A stretch of DNA of 64,000 nt. It comes from an uncultured Acetatifactor sp. (GTDB taxonomy: Bacteria; Bacillota; Clostridia; Lachnospirales; Lachnospiraceae). Below are positions 1-8,389 of this stretch, in pieces (the first letter of the stretch is position 1; every line of letters begins with the position of its first letter). The position numbers and the translations under genes are program-made. Below the pieces are notes generated by a model. The model did no database searches, was not told the DNA's origin, and was given only the letters and a program-made list of their open reading frames with translations. The DNA is taken from positions 1,051-65,050 of the forward strand of contig CAJUTJ010000192.1 in NCBI GenBank assembly GCA_910589655.1. The letters are read 5' to 3'.

Positions 1-1
1 A

Positions 2-292
2 GGCACAATTACTTATCGGAAAATGTTCGGTGAATACGGAATATATTGTGACGGGAAATTTTTTGCGTTGATTTGTAATGATCAGCTGTTTGTCAAAATT
101 ACGGAAGCAGGAAAACGTTTGGGGCAGAGTTTGGAAACGGCGCCGCCTTATGAAGGCGCGAAGCCTTATTTCCTGATAGATGATATTGACAACAAGGAAT
201 TTCTCACGGAGTTTGTCTCGGAGACCTGCAAGGAACTTCCTTTGCCGAAGAAAAAGACAAAATCAAAGGAAACCAGAGATAATAAAGACTAA
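2..292 (+). CDS. TfoX/Sxy N-terminal domain protein (5' end runs off the window)
   Basis: RKMFGEYGIYCDGKFFALICNDQLFVK and PPYEGAKPYF are typical of TfoX_N; the frame is open back to position 2. Confidence 0.8.
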   Translation, partial: GTITYRKMFGEYGIYCDGKFFALICNDQLFVKITEAGKRLGQSLETAPPYEGAKPYFLIDDIDNKEFLTEFVSETCKELPLPKKKTKSKETRDNKD

Positions 293-618
293 GTTTCTGT
301 AGAAAATAATATAAAAAGAAAGTATAATAAATTAAGAGAAAAGGCATCTGGTTTATTAAAAAATACAAAATATTCGCTTTACCCCTTTATATTTTGCCGG
401 GAAAAGACGAATATGAAGATGGATGAGGTGATAACCGGTTACTGTGGTTCCGGAACACCGGGTATTTTATTTTCAGAAAACGACAAAGCCAAATAACAGG
501 CCGAGAAAAGGCGGCAGAAAATGACAGTAGTCTCAGAATGGGAGCACTGAGTTCCGGCGGACGCATACAGGGTGCCGAAAGGCAGGGACGGAACCGAAAT
601 TAGGAGGAAAAAATAGGT

Positions 619-2328
619 ATGGGAACAGAATTTAAAGAAGATGCAACCCAGCAAATAAACAACAAGGTGGCTGAGCTTGAGGAGATAAATCAGGAGCTGC
701 GCAGTGCCTATTTAAGGGAAGCTCAATATAAGAAAGCGATTTTACATGATGCGGTCACTTTCTTCGAGGTGAATCTGAGCAAAGACAGTTTTATTGATGA
801 GACTTCCCAGATGATAGACGGAAAAGTCTATAATTTGTTTGAGTTTATGAATTCCAAGCCCTTTGAAACATATACGGGTTATATCGAATTCTGTGCCCTT
901 GGCACGGAACCTGAAATATTGGATGAATTCCGGAATTTCTTTGACAGAGACCGATTAATACAATGTTATGAAAAAGGGGAATTGGAACAAAGTTTTGAAA
1001 GCTGGATTACGGATGCCATCGGCAGGAAGCGTTTATGCGGTTATATATTGCTGTTGGGTAAAAACGAATATACGGGAGACGTGATTACTTTATTTGTAGT
1101 AAAGGATTACACTGAACAGCTGGAAAGCCAGAATCCTCTCAAAGCTGATTTGCAGCAGGCGGAAACGGTCAATCAAGCGAGAAACGAGTTTCTTTCCAAT
1201 ATTTCCCACGAAATCCGCACACCCTTGAATGCGATTATCGGTTATACGGAGTTGATTAAAAGCAATCTTTCCGATGCGGATAAGGTAGAGGAATACAACG
1301 AAAAAATCCATAGATCCGGAGAGCAGCTTTTATCCATTGTGAATGAGTCCCTTGAAGTTACCCGTATGGAATCCGGGAAGGTTACCTTGGCCGAGGGTAA
1401 ATGCCACTTGGGAGACTTGATTGCGGACGTGGAGCGGACAATGAAGTCCGAGATAGATACAAAATCTATACGCCTGCTTTTGGATAAAACAATGGTGAGC
1501 CATTATGCGGTTATTGCGGACTATCTGCGGGTAAAAGAAGTACTATGTCAGCTGTTGGATAACGCCATAAAGTATTCCAAACCGGGAGAATATATTAACC
1601 TCACCGTGGAGGAGCAGGATATTGATTTCCCCGGCTTCAGCAAATACCGATTCACGGTGGAAGACAACGGAATCGGCATTTCCGAGGAATTTATTGAAAA
1701 TCTGTTCGAACCCTTCACAAGGGAAGACAATCCCTCCAAGAGCGGAGCCATGGGATCCGGTCTGGGGCTGACAGTCGTAAAAAATATGGTTGAATTGATG
1801 GACGGAAATATAAGGGTCGAAAGCGAACCCGGCAAAGGCAGTAAGTTTATGGTCAGCCTGCTCTTGAAGCTTCAGGCAGGCCAGAATCCGGAGGACGAGA
1901 ACCAGTCAGGCAGTCTCCTTGATAAAGACACTTTGGAAGGAAAGAGAATCCTAGTGGTAGAGGATAACGAAGTCAATATGGAAATCGCAGAAGGCTTGCT
2001 TGGCAGTCAGGGCTTCTTGATCGACAAGGCGGAGAATGGAAGTATCGCACTGGAGAAAGTGAAAAATTCCGCTCCCGGCTATTATGATGTGATACTTATG
2101 GATATTCAGATGCCTGTGATGAACGGACACGAGACCACAAAGGCAATCCGGCAGCTCGAAAACAAGCAGCTTGCCCAGATTCCCATTATTGCGTTGTCCG
2201 CCAATGCCTTTGCGGAGGATTATCAAGAATCCATGGAAGTAGGTATGGACGCTCATTTTCCCAAGCCTCTTGATGCAGGCGGGCTTCAGGAAGTGATTCG
2301 AAGCGTATTGAGCAGGCATAGAAGTTAG
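619..2328 (+). CDS. Cytoplasmic hybrid sensor histidine kinase/response regulator
   Basis: H-box FLSNISHEIRTPLNAI, N-box LLDNAIKY, DNGIGI, GSGLGL, receiver VVEDN..LMDIQMP..KP; AGGAGG RBS; no TM segment. Confidence 0.92.
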   Translation: MGTEFKEDATQQINNKVAELEEINQELRSAYLREAQYKKAILHDAVTFFEVNLSKDSFIDETSQMIDGKVYNLFEFMNSKPFETYTGYIEFCALGTEPEILDEFRNFFDRDRLIQCYEKGELEQSFESWITDAIGRKRLCGYILLLGKNEYTGDVITLFVVKDYTEQLESQNPLKADLQQAETVNQARNEFLSNISHEIRTPLNAIIGYTELIKSNLSDADKVEEYNEKIHRSGEQLLSIVNESLEVTRMESGKVTLAEGKCHLGDLIADVERTMKSEIDTKSIRLLLDKTMVSHYAVIADYLRVKEVLCQLLDNAIKYSKPGEYINLTVEEQDIDFPGFSKYRFTVEDNGIGISEEFIENLFEPFTREDNPSKSGAMGSGLGLTVVKNMVELMDGNIRVESEPGKGSKFMVSLLLKLQAGQNPEDENQSGSLLDKDTLEGKRILVVEDNEVNMEIAEGLLGSQGFLIDKAENGSIALEKVKNSAPGYYDVILMDIQMPVMNGHETTKAIRQLENKQLAQIPIIALSANAFAEDYQESMEVGMDAHFPKPLDAGGLQEVIRSVLSRHRS

Positions 2329-2401
2329 AAAAGTGCCCAAAACACGGCAATTTTTATCTTGATTTAAGTTGCAGCGCGGCTGCGACATGGAAATCAGTAT
2401 G
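2328..2401 (+). repeat. Degenerate copy of intergenic repeat family C
   Basis: GAAAAGTGCCCAAAACACGGCAATTTTT..GCTGCGACATGGAAATCAGTATG aligns with 52088-52179 (GAGAAATGCCCGAAAACACGGCATTTCTC..GCTGCGACATGGAGGTTAGTATG). Confidence 0.7.
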
Positions 2402-2415
2402 TGAAGAGGCTGAAG

Positions 2416-2568
2416 GTTACTTTTCACACCCACGCCACCGCGAGGCATTTTCACGCGTTTTTTGCGTGACAAACCCAAGCGATTAGAATAATCGCTTGGG
2501 CAACCTGCGCGAAACCGCTGTTTTGCGGTTTCTGTGCATGCGTTACTGGCCGCGGAGTGAACAGTAAC
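2416..2568. repeat. MITE/REP-like element, family A
   Basis: Imperfect terminal inverted repeats GTTACTTTTCAC..GTGAACAGTAAC, internal hairpins, and a similar full-length copy at 13239-13393. Confidence 0.8.
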
Positions 2569-2674
2569 GGCTGAAGCGCAGCCGCATCATAGAATAGTGC
2601 GGATGGCTTGACAGCGTGAACCGGAATAATTACAATGTTTGTATGTATCATATATAGGAAAGGTTGGTCAAGGG

Positions 2675-3685
2675 ATGAAGTTTTATCATATAACGGAACC
2701 TCCCCTTAAGATATATGGTCTTGCAGTAGCGGACAGAGAGAGACGGCAGTTCTGGAGGCTGAACCGGCAAATTATGGACAGAATGCCGCAGTACGAATTT
2801 CTTGGAAAAAGATGTGTAGGAGGCAGGATCCGTTTCCGGACGGATTCTGCCGATTTCTGTGTTCGCATGACCTTGGCACAGGCGAAAGAAGACGTTAACA
2901 TTCCTCTGTCCGGCTCTGCGGGGGCGGATGTATATCTTGGGAGAGGTATGGAATCCGTATTTCTGGGTTATGTTGCCCCTCAGGAGCATGTGATAGAGGA
3001 AATCACGGCGGAGAAGCTGTTTCATAAAAACAGCAGGATGGAGACGGTTACCGTCAACCTGCCCAGAAATGATCATTTGCTCAGCATGGAAATCGGAATA
3101 GATGAAAGCGCTCATATAGAAGAAGCGGAAGAATATACATTCGCAAAACCGATCATATTTTATGGTTCTTCCATTACGGAAGGAGGCTGTGCATCCCGGG
3201 CGGGAAATGCATACACCAGCATCGTAAGCAGGTGGATGGATGCGGATTATTATAATTTCGGGTTTTCAGGTTCTGCACGGGGAGAAAAGGAATTTGCACA
3301 GTACATAGGGGCTCTCCCGGAGCCGGGTGCTTTTGTCTATGATTACGACCATAATTCTCCCGATCCACAACATTTGGCGGATACCCATGAGGAGTTTTTC
3401 AAGATTGTCAGGCAGGCTCATCCGGAGATTCCCGTTATAATCATGACACGGCCGGATGTGGAGGGAGATAAGGATCATGCGGCCGAGAGAAGGGATATTA
3501 TCCGGCGGACTTACGAAAAGGCTGTGGCGGCAGGAGATCATAAGGTATGGTTTCTCGACGGCGGCAGATTTTTCGGCGACAATGGACGGGCCGAGTGCCT
3601 TGTGGATGGGACACATCCTAATGCTCTGGGATTTATGCGGATGGCAGAAATATTGTATCCTGTTTTGAAAGAAGCTATGAAGTAG
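2675..3685 (+). CDS. SGNH/GDSL hydrolase (esterase)
   Basis: FYGSSITEG block I, NFGFSG block II, DYDHN block III, DGTHPN block V. Confidence 0.85.
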   Translation: MKFYHITEPPLKIYGLAVADRERRQFWRLNRQIMDRMPQYEFLGKRCVGGRIRFRTDSADFCVRMTLAQAKEDVNIPLSGSAGADVYLGRGMESVFLGYVAPQEHVIEEITAEKLFHKNSRMETVTVNLPRNDHLLSMEIGIDESAHIEEAEEYTFAKPIIFYGSSITEGGCASRAGNAYTSIVSRWMDADYYNFGFSGSARGEKEFAQYIGALPEPGAFVYDYDHNSPDPQHLADTHEEFFKIVRQAHPEIPVIIMTRPDVEGDKDHAAERRDIIRRTYEKAVAAGDHKVWFLDGGRFFGDNGRAECLVDGTHPNALGFMRMAEILYPVLKEAMK

Positions 3686-3698
3686 AAGGAGTGGATTT

Positions 3699-4841
3699 AT
3701 GCAATATCGGAGATTGGGAAAAACAGAATTGATGGTCAGCGAGATTGGTTTCGGCGGAGAATGGCTTGAGCGGATGGACTTGGAGGGCTGTAAGGCAATC
3801 TTTAAAGTATGTGAGGAACAGGGCATCAATTTATTTGACTGTTGGATGTCCGAACCCAATGTGAGAACCGCCATCGGGGAATGCATCAAAGATTCCAGAG
3901 AAAAATGGTATATTCAAGGTCATATCGGTTCCACATGGCAGAACGGCCAATATGTGCGTACACGGGAAATCTCAAAAGTAAAGGAAGCTTTCGAGGATCT
4001 TTTGAACAGATTAGGAACGAATTACATAGATTTAGGAATGATACACTATGTGGATTCGGAAAAAGAGTGGGATGAAATCGTAAGCGGGCCGTTCATGGAT
4101 TATGTTCTTGAGCTGAAGGAAAAGGGAATAATAAAGCATGTGGGACTCAGTTCCCATAATCCGCAGGTGGCAAAAAGGGCGGCCCTTTCCGGCAGGATCG
4201 AGATGATGCTGTTTTCCGTGAATCCGGCATTTGATCTGGTGCCGCCCACGGAAAATCTGGATGATTATTTTGCGGAGCAGTATGACGCATCGCTGGCAGG
4301 AATGGATCCCCAGAGGGCGGAACTGTATAAAATATGTGAGCAGCAGGATGTGGGAATCACGGTTATGAAGGGATATGCGGGCGGACGTCTGTTCCATGAG
4401 AAATCCTCTCCCTTTGGGGTGGCGCTGACGCCTGTCCAATGTATTCATTATGCCCTTACAAGACCGGCGGTGGCAAGTATTATGGCTGGATATTCCGAGC
4501 CAAAACATGTCTTGGATGCGGTGGGATATGAGACGGCATCGGAGGCGGAGAAAGATTATGCCAGCATATTGGCATCGGCTCCCCATCATGCGTATAGCAA
4601 GAAATGCATGTATTGCAATCATTGCAAGCCCTGTCCCTTAGAGATTGATATTGCCATGGTGAATAAGCTTTATGATCTGGCGGTTATGCAGGAGGAGGTG
4701 CCTTCATCCGTCAGGGCGCATTATGAGGCGTTGGAAAGAAATGCGTCCCACTGCATTTCCTGCGGCAGCTGTGAGACCAGATGTCCTTTCGGTGTGGGCA
4801 TTGTGGATAGAATGCAGAAGGCTAAGGAGCTTTTTGCATAA
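3699..4841 (+). CDS. Aldo/keto reductase with C-terminal 4Fe-4S dicluster
   Basis: YRRLGKTELMVSEIGFG, YIDLGMIH; CMYCNHCKPCP and CISCGSCETRCP. Confidence 0.88.
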   Translation: MQYRRLGKTELMVSEIGFGGEWLERMDLEGCKAIFKVCEEQGINLFDCWMSEPNVRTAIGECIKDSREKWYIQGHIGSTWQNGQYVRTREISKVKEAFEDLLNRLGTNYIDLGMIHYVDSEKEWDEIVSGPFMDYVLELKEKGIIKHVGLSSHNPQVAKRAALSGRIEMMLFSVNPAFDLVPPTENLDDYFAEQYDASLAGMDPQRAELYKICEQQDVGITVMKGYAGGRLFHEKSSPFGVALTPVQCIHYALTRPAVASIMAGYSEPKHVLDAVGYETASEAEKDYASILASAPHHAYSKKCMYCNHCKPCPLEIDIAMVNKLYDLAVMQEEVPSSVRAHYEALERNASHCISCGSCETRCPFGVGIVDRMQKAKELFA

Positions 4842-4904
4842 GTTACGAAGCGCCGGAAAAGATATCCGGCTGTAATGTAGTTGAGGTAAAGAGGTAATAA
4901 GGAA

Positions 4905-7451
4905 ATGAAGAACAAAACTTCTCGTTTTTTAATAGGGAGCTTTGCCCTGATGTTTTTATTTTGTGCATTTATCTTTTTCTTTTTAATGAATCAGATGGCG
5001 GCAAAAAGCAGAGTTACCACTACCGAAATCGGTGATTTGTATATGGAGAGGATGAGCGCACAGATATCAAGCCATTTTCAAACTACAATGGATATCAAAT
5101 TGGCTCAGGTAGAAAGTATTATTAAAACCATGCCTCCCGACGGAGTCCTTCAGGGGGAGGAACTCATAGAAAATATGGCTATCAGCGCTGCCGCAAGAGA
5201 TTTTAAATTTTTGGCTCTTTTGGCGGAAGACGGCAGCTATCAGTTGATTTTGGGCGATCAGGTATCCATCCTCGACGTAGAGCCCTTTTTGGATGATTTG
5301 ATTAACGGGCAGAAAAAGATAGCGGCGGCAAACGATGTGGATAAGGAAATGGAGCTTGTACTGCTGGGCGTTCCTTGTCAGTATGATATGAAAGACGGTA
5401 ATAAAAGCATAGCCATGGTGGGCGGCGTTGATCTGGATTATATTTATGAAACGCTTCAACTGAATGACGGCGGAATGGAAACCTATTCCTATATCATCAG
5501 AAGAAACGGTGATTTTGTATTAAAGAGCAACAATGCGCCGGAGGATAACTTTTATGATCATATCTATGCGGTAGTGAAGAATATTAACGGAAACAGCGCC
5601 GAATCCTATGCGGAAAAAATTAAGGAAGTTATTCTCAGCCGAACTCTGTTTGCGGATATAGTAACTACTTATGACGGAACAAAATGTGTATATGTGACTC
5701 CTTTGGCCTATTCCGAATGGTATCTTGTGACAGTAATGTCATTTGATGAACTGGATAGTATTGTGCAGAAATTAGACAATCAAAGGCTGAATGCTTTCTT
5801 GCTGGCGACATTATCAATGTTTGTAGTATTTATATTTGTTTTTGTTACTTATTATAAGATGACAAAAACACAGCTTGCCGAGACGGAAGAGGCGCGTAAC
5901 GAAGCTATAAATGCGAATAAGGCGAAGAGTGAATTCTTGTCAAATATGAGCCATGATATCAGGACTCCCATGAATGCCATTATCGGGATGACTACTATCG
6001 CCACTAACAACATTGACGACAAGAATCAACTGATGAACTGTCTGAGAAAGATTTCCCTTTCCAGCCGCCATCTTTTAGGGCTTATCAATGATGTACTTGA
6101 TATGTCAAAGATCGAGAGCGGCAAGATGACCCTCAATCCGGAGACGCTCTCTCTGCGCGAGGCAGTGGAAAGCATTATAAGTATTATTCTGCCCCAGACT
6201 AAGGCAAAGAATCAAAGGTTTGAAAGCTATATCTCCGATATTATGGTGGAGAAGGTATACTGTGACGGTATCAGGCTGAATCAGGTATTGATTAATTTTC
6301 TTTCCAATGCCTATAAGTTTACACCCGAGGGTGGTGAGATTTCGCTTTCTTTATGTCAGGAGGAATCCCCCAAGGGAGACGGCTATGTGCGGGTTCATTT
6401 CCGCGTGAAGGACAACGGAATCGGAATGTCCTCTGAATTTCAAAAGAAAATATTTGAGTCTTTTGTGAGGGAGGATAATGCCAGAGTAAATAAGACGGAG
6501 GGTTCCGGTCTCGGAATGACTATCAGCAAGTATATTGTGGATGCTATGGGAGGAACCATTGAATTAAAGAGTGAGACAAACAAAGGAACAGAGTTCCATG
6601 TGACCTTTGATTTGGAGAAAGCTGTGGAAGAGGAAGAAGATATGACGCTTCCCGGCTGGAATATTCTTTTGGTCAACGGCAACGAACAGGTGTGTAAGGA
6701 AACGTCAGCTCGTTTAAAAGAAATGTCCGTTCACTGCGACTGTGCATCGGACGGTAAGGCGGCTTTGGATATGGTGGAAAAACGCTGTAAACGGCAGGAT
6801 GCTTATCAGCTTGTGTTGATTGACCGGGGGACGGAAGACAAGGCCTGCATAGAAGCGGCCAAAGGAATTTACGAAAAATTCGGAGATAAGGCCCCCATAT
6901 TGCTTCTTTCGGCTTATGATTGGAGTGATATGGAAAAGGATGTGAGAAAAGCAGGCGTTAAAGGCTTTATATCCAAACCCTTGTTTAAGTCCACATTGTA
7001 TTATGGTATGCTACGCTATATGAATCCCGGACAGGAAGTACCGGAGGTGCAGAATGTGTCTCGAGAAGATTTTAGCGGTGTGAAAATACTGTTGGCAGAG
7101 GACAACGACTTGAATTACGAGATTGCGGCGGAACTGCTTTCCGGACGGGGAATGGAGATCGAGTGGGCTGAGAACGGCCGGATCTGTGTGGAAATGTTTG
7201 AGAAATCACAGCCGGGTTATTATGATGTTATCCTAATGGATATCAGAATGCCTGTTATGACAGGATATGAGGCAACAGAGAAGATAAGAGCGCTGGAGCG
7301 TCCCGATGCAGATCTGCCGATTATCGCCATGACGGCGGATGCTTTTGCCGAGGACATACAGAAATGCAAAGAGTGCGGAATGAACGATCATACCTCCAAA
7401 CCTATTGATATGGATGCGCTGGCACATATTTTGACGCAGTATCTGAAGTGA
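4905..7451 (+). CDS. Membrane-bound hybrid histidine kinase with two receiver domains
   Basis: Two TM helices flanking a Cache-like region, FLSNMSHDIRTPMNAI, FLSNAYKF, GSGLGM, degenerate REC1 and canonical REC2 (LAEDN..LMDIRMP). Confidence 0.92.
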   Translation: MKNKTSRFLIGSFALMFLFCAFIFFFLMNQMAAKSRVTTTEIGDLYMERMSAQISSHFQTTMDIKLAQVESIIKTMPPDGVLQGEELIENMAISAAARDFKFLALLAEDGSYQLILGDQVSILDVEPFLDDLINGQKKIAAANDVDKEMELVLLGVPCQYDMKDGNKSIAMVGGVDLDYIYETLQLNDGGMETYSYIIRRNGDFVLKSNNAPEDNFYDHIYAVVKNINGNSAESYAEKIKEVILSRTLFADIVTTYDGTKCVYVTPLAYSEWYLVTVMSFDELDSIVQKLDNQRLNAFLLATLSMFVVFIFVFVTYYKMTKTQLAETEEARNEAINANKAKSEFLSNMSHDIRTPMNAIIGMTTIATNNIDDKNQLMNCLRKISLSSRHLLGLINDVLDMSKIESGKMTLNPETLSLREAVESIISIILPQTKAKNQRFESYISDIMVEKVYCDGIRLNQVLINFLSNAYKFTPEGGEISLSLCQEESPKGDGYVRVHFRVKDNGIGMSSEFQKKIFESFVREDNARVNKTEGSGLGMTISKYIVDAMGGTIELKSETNKGTEFHVTFDLEKAVEEEEDMTLPGWNILLVNGNEQVCKETSARLKEMSVHCDCASDGKAALDMVEKRCKRQDAYQLVLIDRGTEDKACIEAAKGIYEKFGDKAPILLLSAYDWSDMEKDVRKAGVKGFISKPLFKSTLYYGMLRYMNPGQEVPEVQNVSREDFSGVKILLAEDNDLNYEIAAELLSGRGMEIEWAENGRICVEMFEKSQPGYYDVILMDIRMPVMTGYEATEKIRALERPDADLPIIAMTADAFAEDIQKCKECGMNDHTSKPIDMDALAHILTQYLK

Positions 7452-8065
7452 TTCGGGAAAAGAAGTCTACTGCCACAGAGGAGAAGAGTACTGTAAATGA
7501 TGACGGTACAGTAACTTTTACAGTAACTGAGTTTTCTACATTTGCATTTGCAGAAAAGGCAGATGTTAACCCTGATGATTCCGATACGGATGACAACGAT
7601 GACGATGATGATGACGCTGATAGCAGTAGTGTAGGTCACAGTTGGGATTATTTAGGAACCATTGAAGACAGAATTCAAGCAGCAGAATCTAAGGGTGTCG
7701 TTGTAATTACAAAAGAGCAGGGAGTTAACACTTTGTCTAACAGTGTGATGCAGATGCTCGTAAAGCGCAGCGATGTAACTTTGATAATGGAATACACATA
7801 TGAAGGTAAGGATTACCGTGTTGTTATTCCGGCAGGAAAAGCTGTCAATGATGAGATTCCCTGGTATGGTCCTCTGTACCTTGCAGGCCGCTATGGAAGC
7901 AGCGCAACGGTCAGCCTTTCAGGCGACTATATTGTTAAAAAGGGAGATACCTTAGGAAGAATTGCCCGTGATTCAGGTTTAAGCCTTGCGCAGGTGGTGG
8001 CAATGAATCCCCAGATTAAAGATGTGAACTTCATTAAGGTAGGTCAGAAAATTACATTGAAATAA
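7448..8065 (+). CDS. LysM-domain protein, probably the C-terminal remnant of a larger surface protein
   Basis: C-terminal YIVKKGDTLGRIA..NPQIKDVNFIKVGQKI LysM; Asp-rich linker; no signal peptide or clear RBS; GTG start overlaps the kinase TGA. Confidence 0.65.
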   Translation: MIREKKSTATEEKSTVNDDGTVTFTVTEFSTFAFAEKADVNPDDSDTDDNDDDDDDADSSSVGHSWDYLGTIEDRIQAAESKGVVVITKEQGVNTLSNSVMQMLVKRSDVTLIMEYTYEGKDYRVVIPAGKAVNDEIPWYGPLYLAGRYGSSATVSLSGDYIVKKGDTLGRIARDSGLSLAQVVAMNPQIKDVNFIKVGQKITLK

Positions 8066-8092
8066 GGTGTCTGTTTTTGGAGTACTCATAAG

Positions 8093-8133
8093 AGCCGGAT
8101 TAACGGTTAGAGCCGGAATAATCCGGCTTTTTT
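8093..8133 (+). terminator. Rho-independent terminator after the LysM ORF
   Basis: AGCCGGATTA..TAATCCGGCT stem (a second AGCCGGA at 8111 can also pair) followed by a T-run. Confidence 0.8.
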
Positions 8134-8219
8134 GTGCCTACGGACGCGGAAAGGAACTATGCAGCGAAAGCTGCACGTGTCCGGCGCGGGAGCAGGGAAG
8201 AAAACCTTCCCTGCTCGAT
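8134..8219 (+). other. Miniature group II intron-like remnant (domain V/VI-like hairpins)
   Basis: Starts GTGCC right after the terminator T-run; GCAGC-GAAA-GCTGC followed by AC; then hairpin GAGCAGGGAAG/CTTCCCTGCTC; ends CTCGAT. Confidence 0.4.
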
Positions 8220-8389
8220 TATGTCAATAGATGACCTTGATTAAGAGATACCTTAATTTCTCGGGTTACGTACCGATTTGTGGTTCCGCGTCTTAATTAT
8301 GCAAATACAGTTTGGTCAGATCGTATTCTGCAATATGGATTCATAATATTATGAAGGTGGTCTGAAACGGTTTGCAAGACGGTGAACTG

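Noticed and set aside
530..600. c-di-GMP-I riboswitch upstream of the first kinase (TGCC-GAAA-GGCA, GGGACG)
   Set aside because: Lacks the GCAAA elements and the second stem; only generic hairpins are seen
8340..8355. Perfect 16-bp palindrome TTCATAATATTATGAA as an operator
   Set aside because: AT-only core, located between convergent genes with no promoter to control, and no second copy noticed
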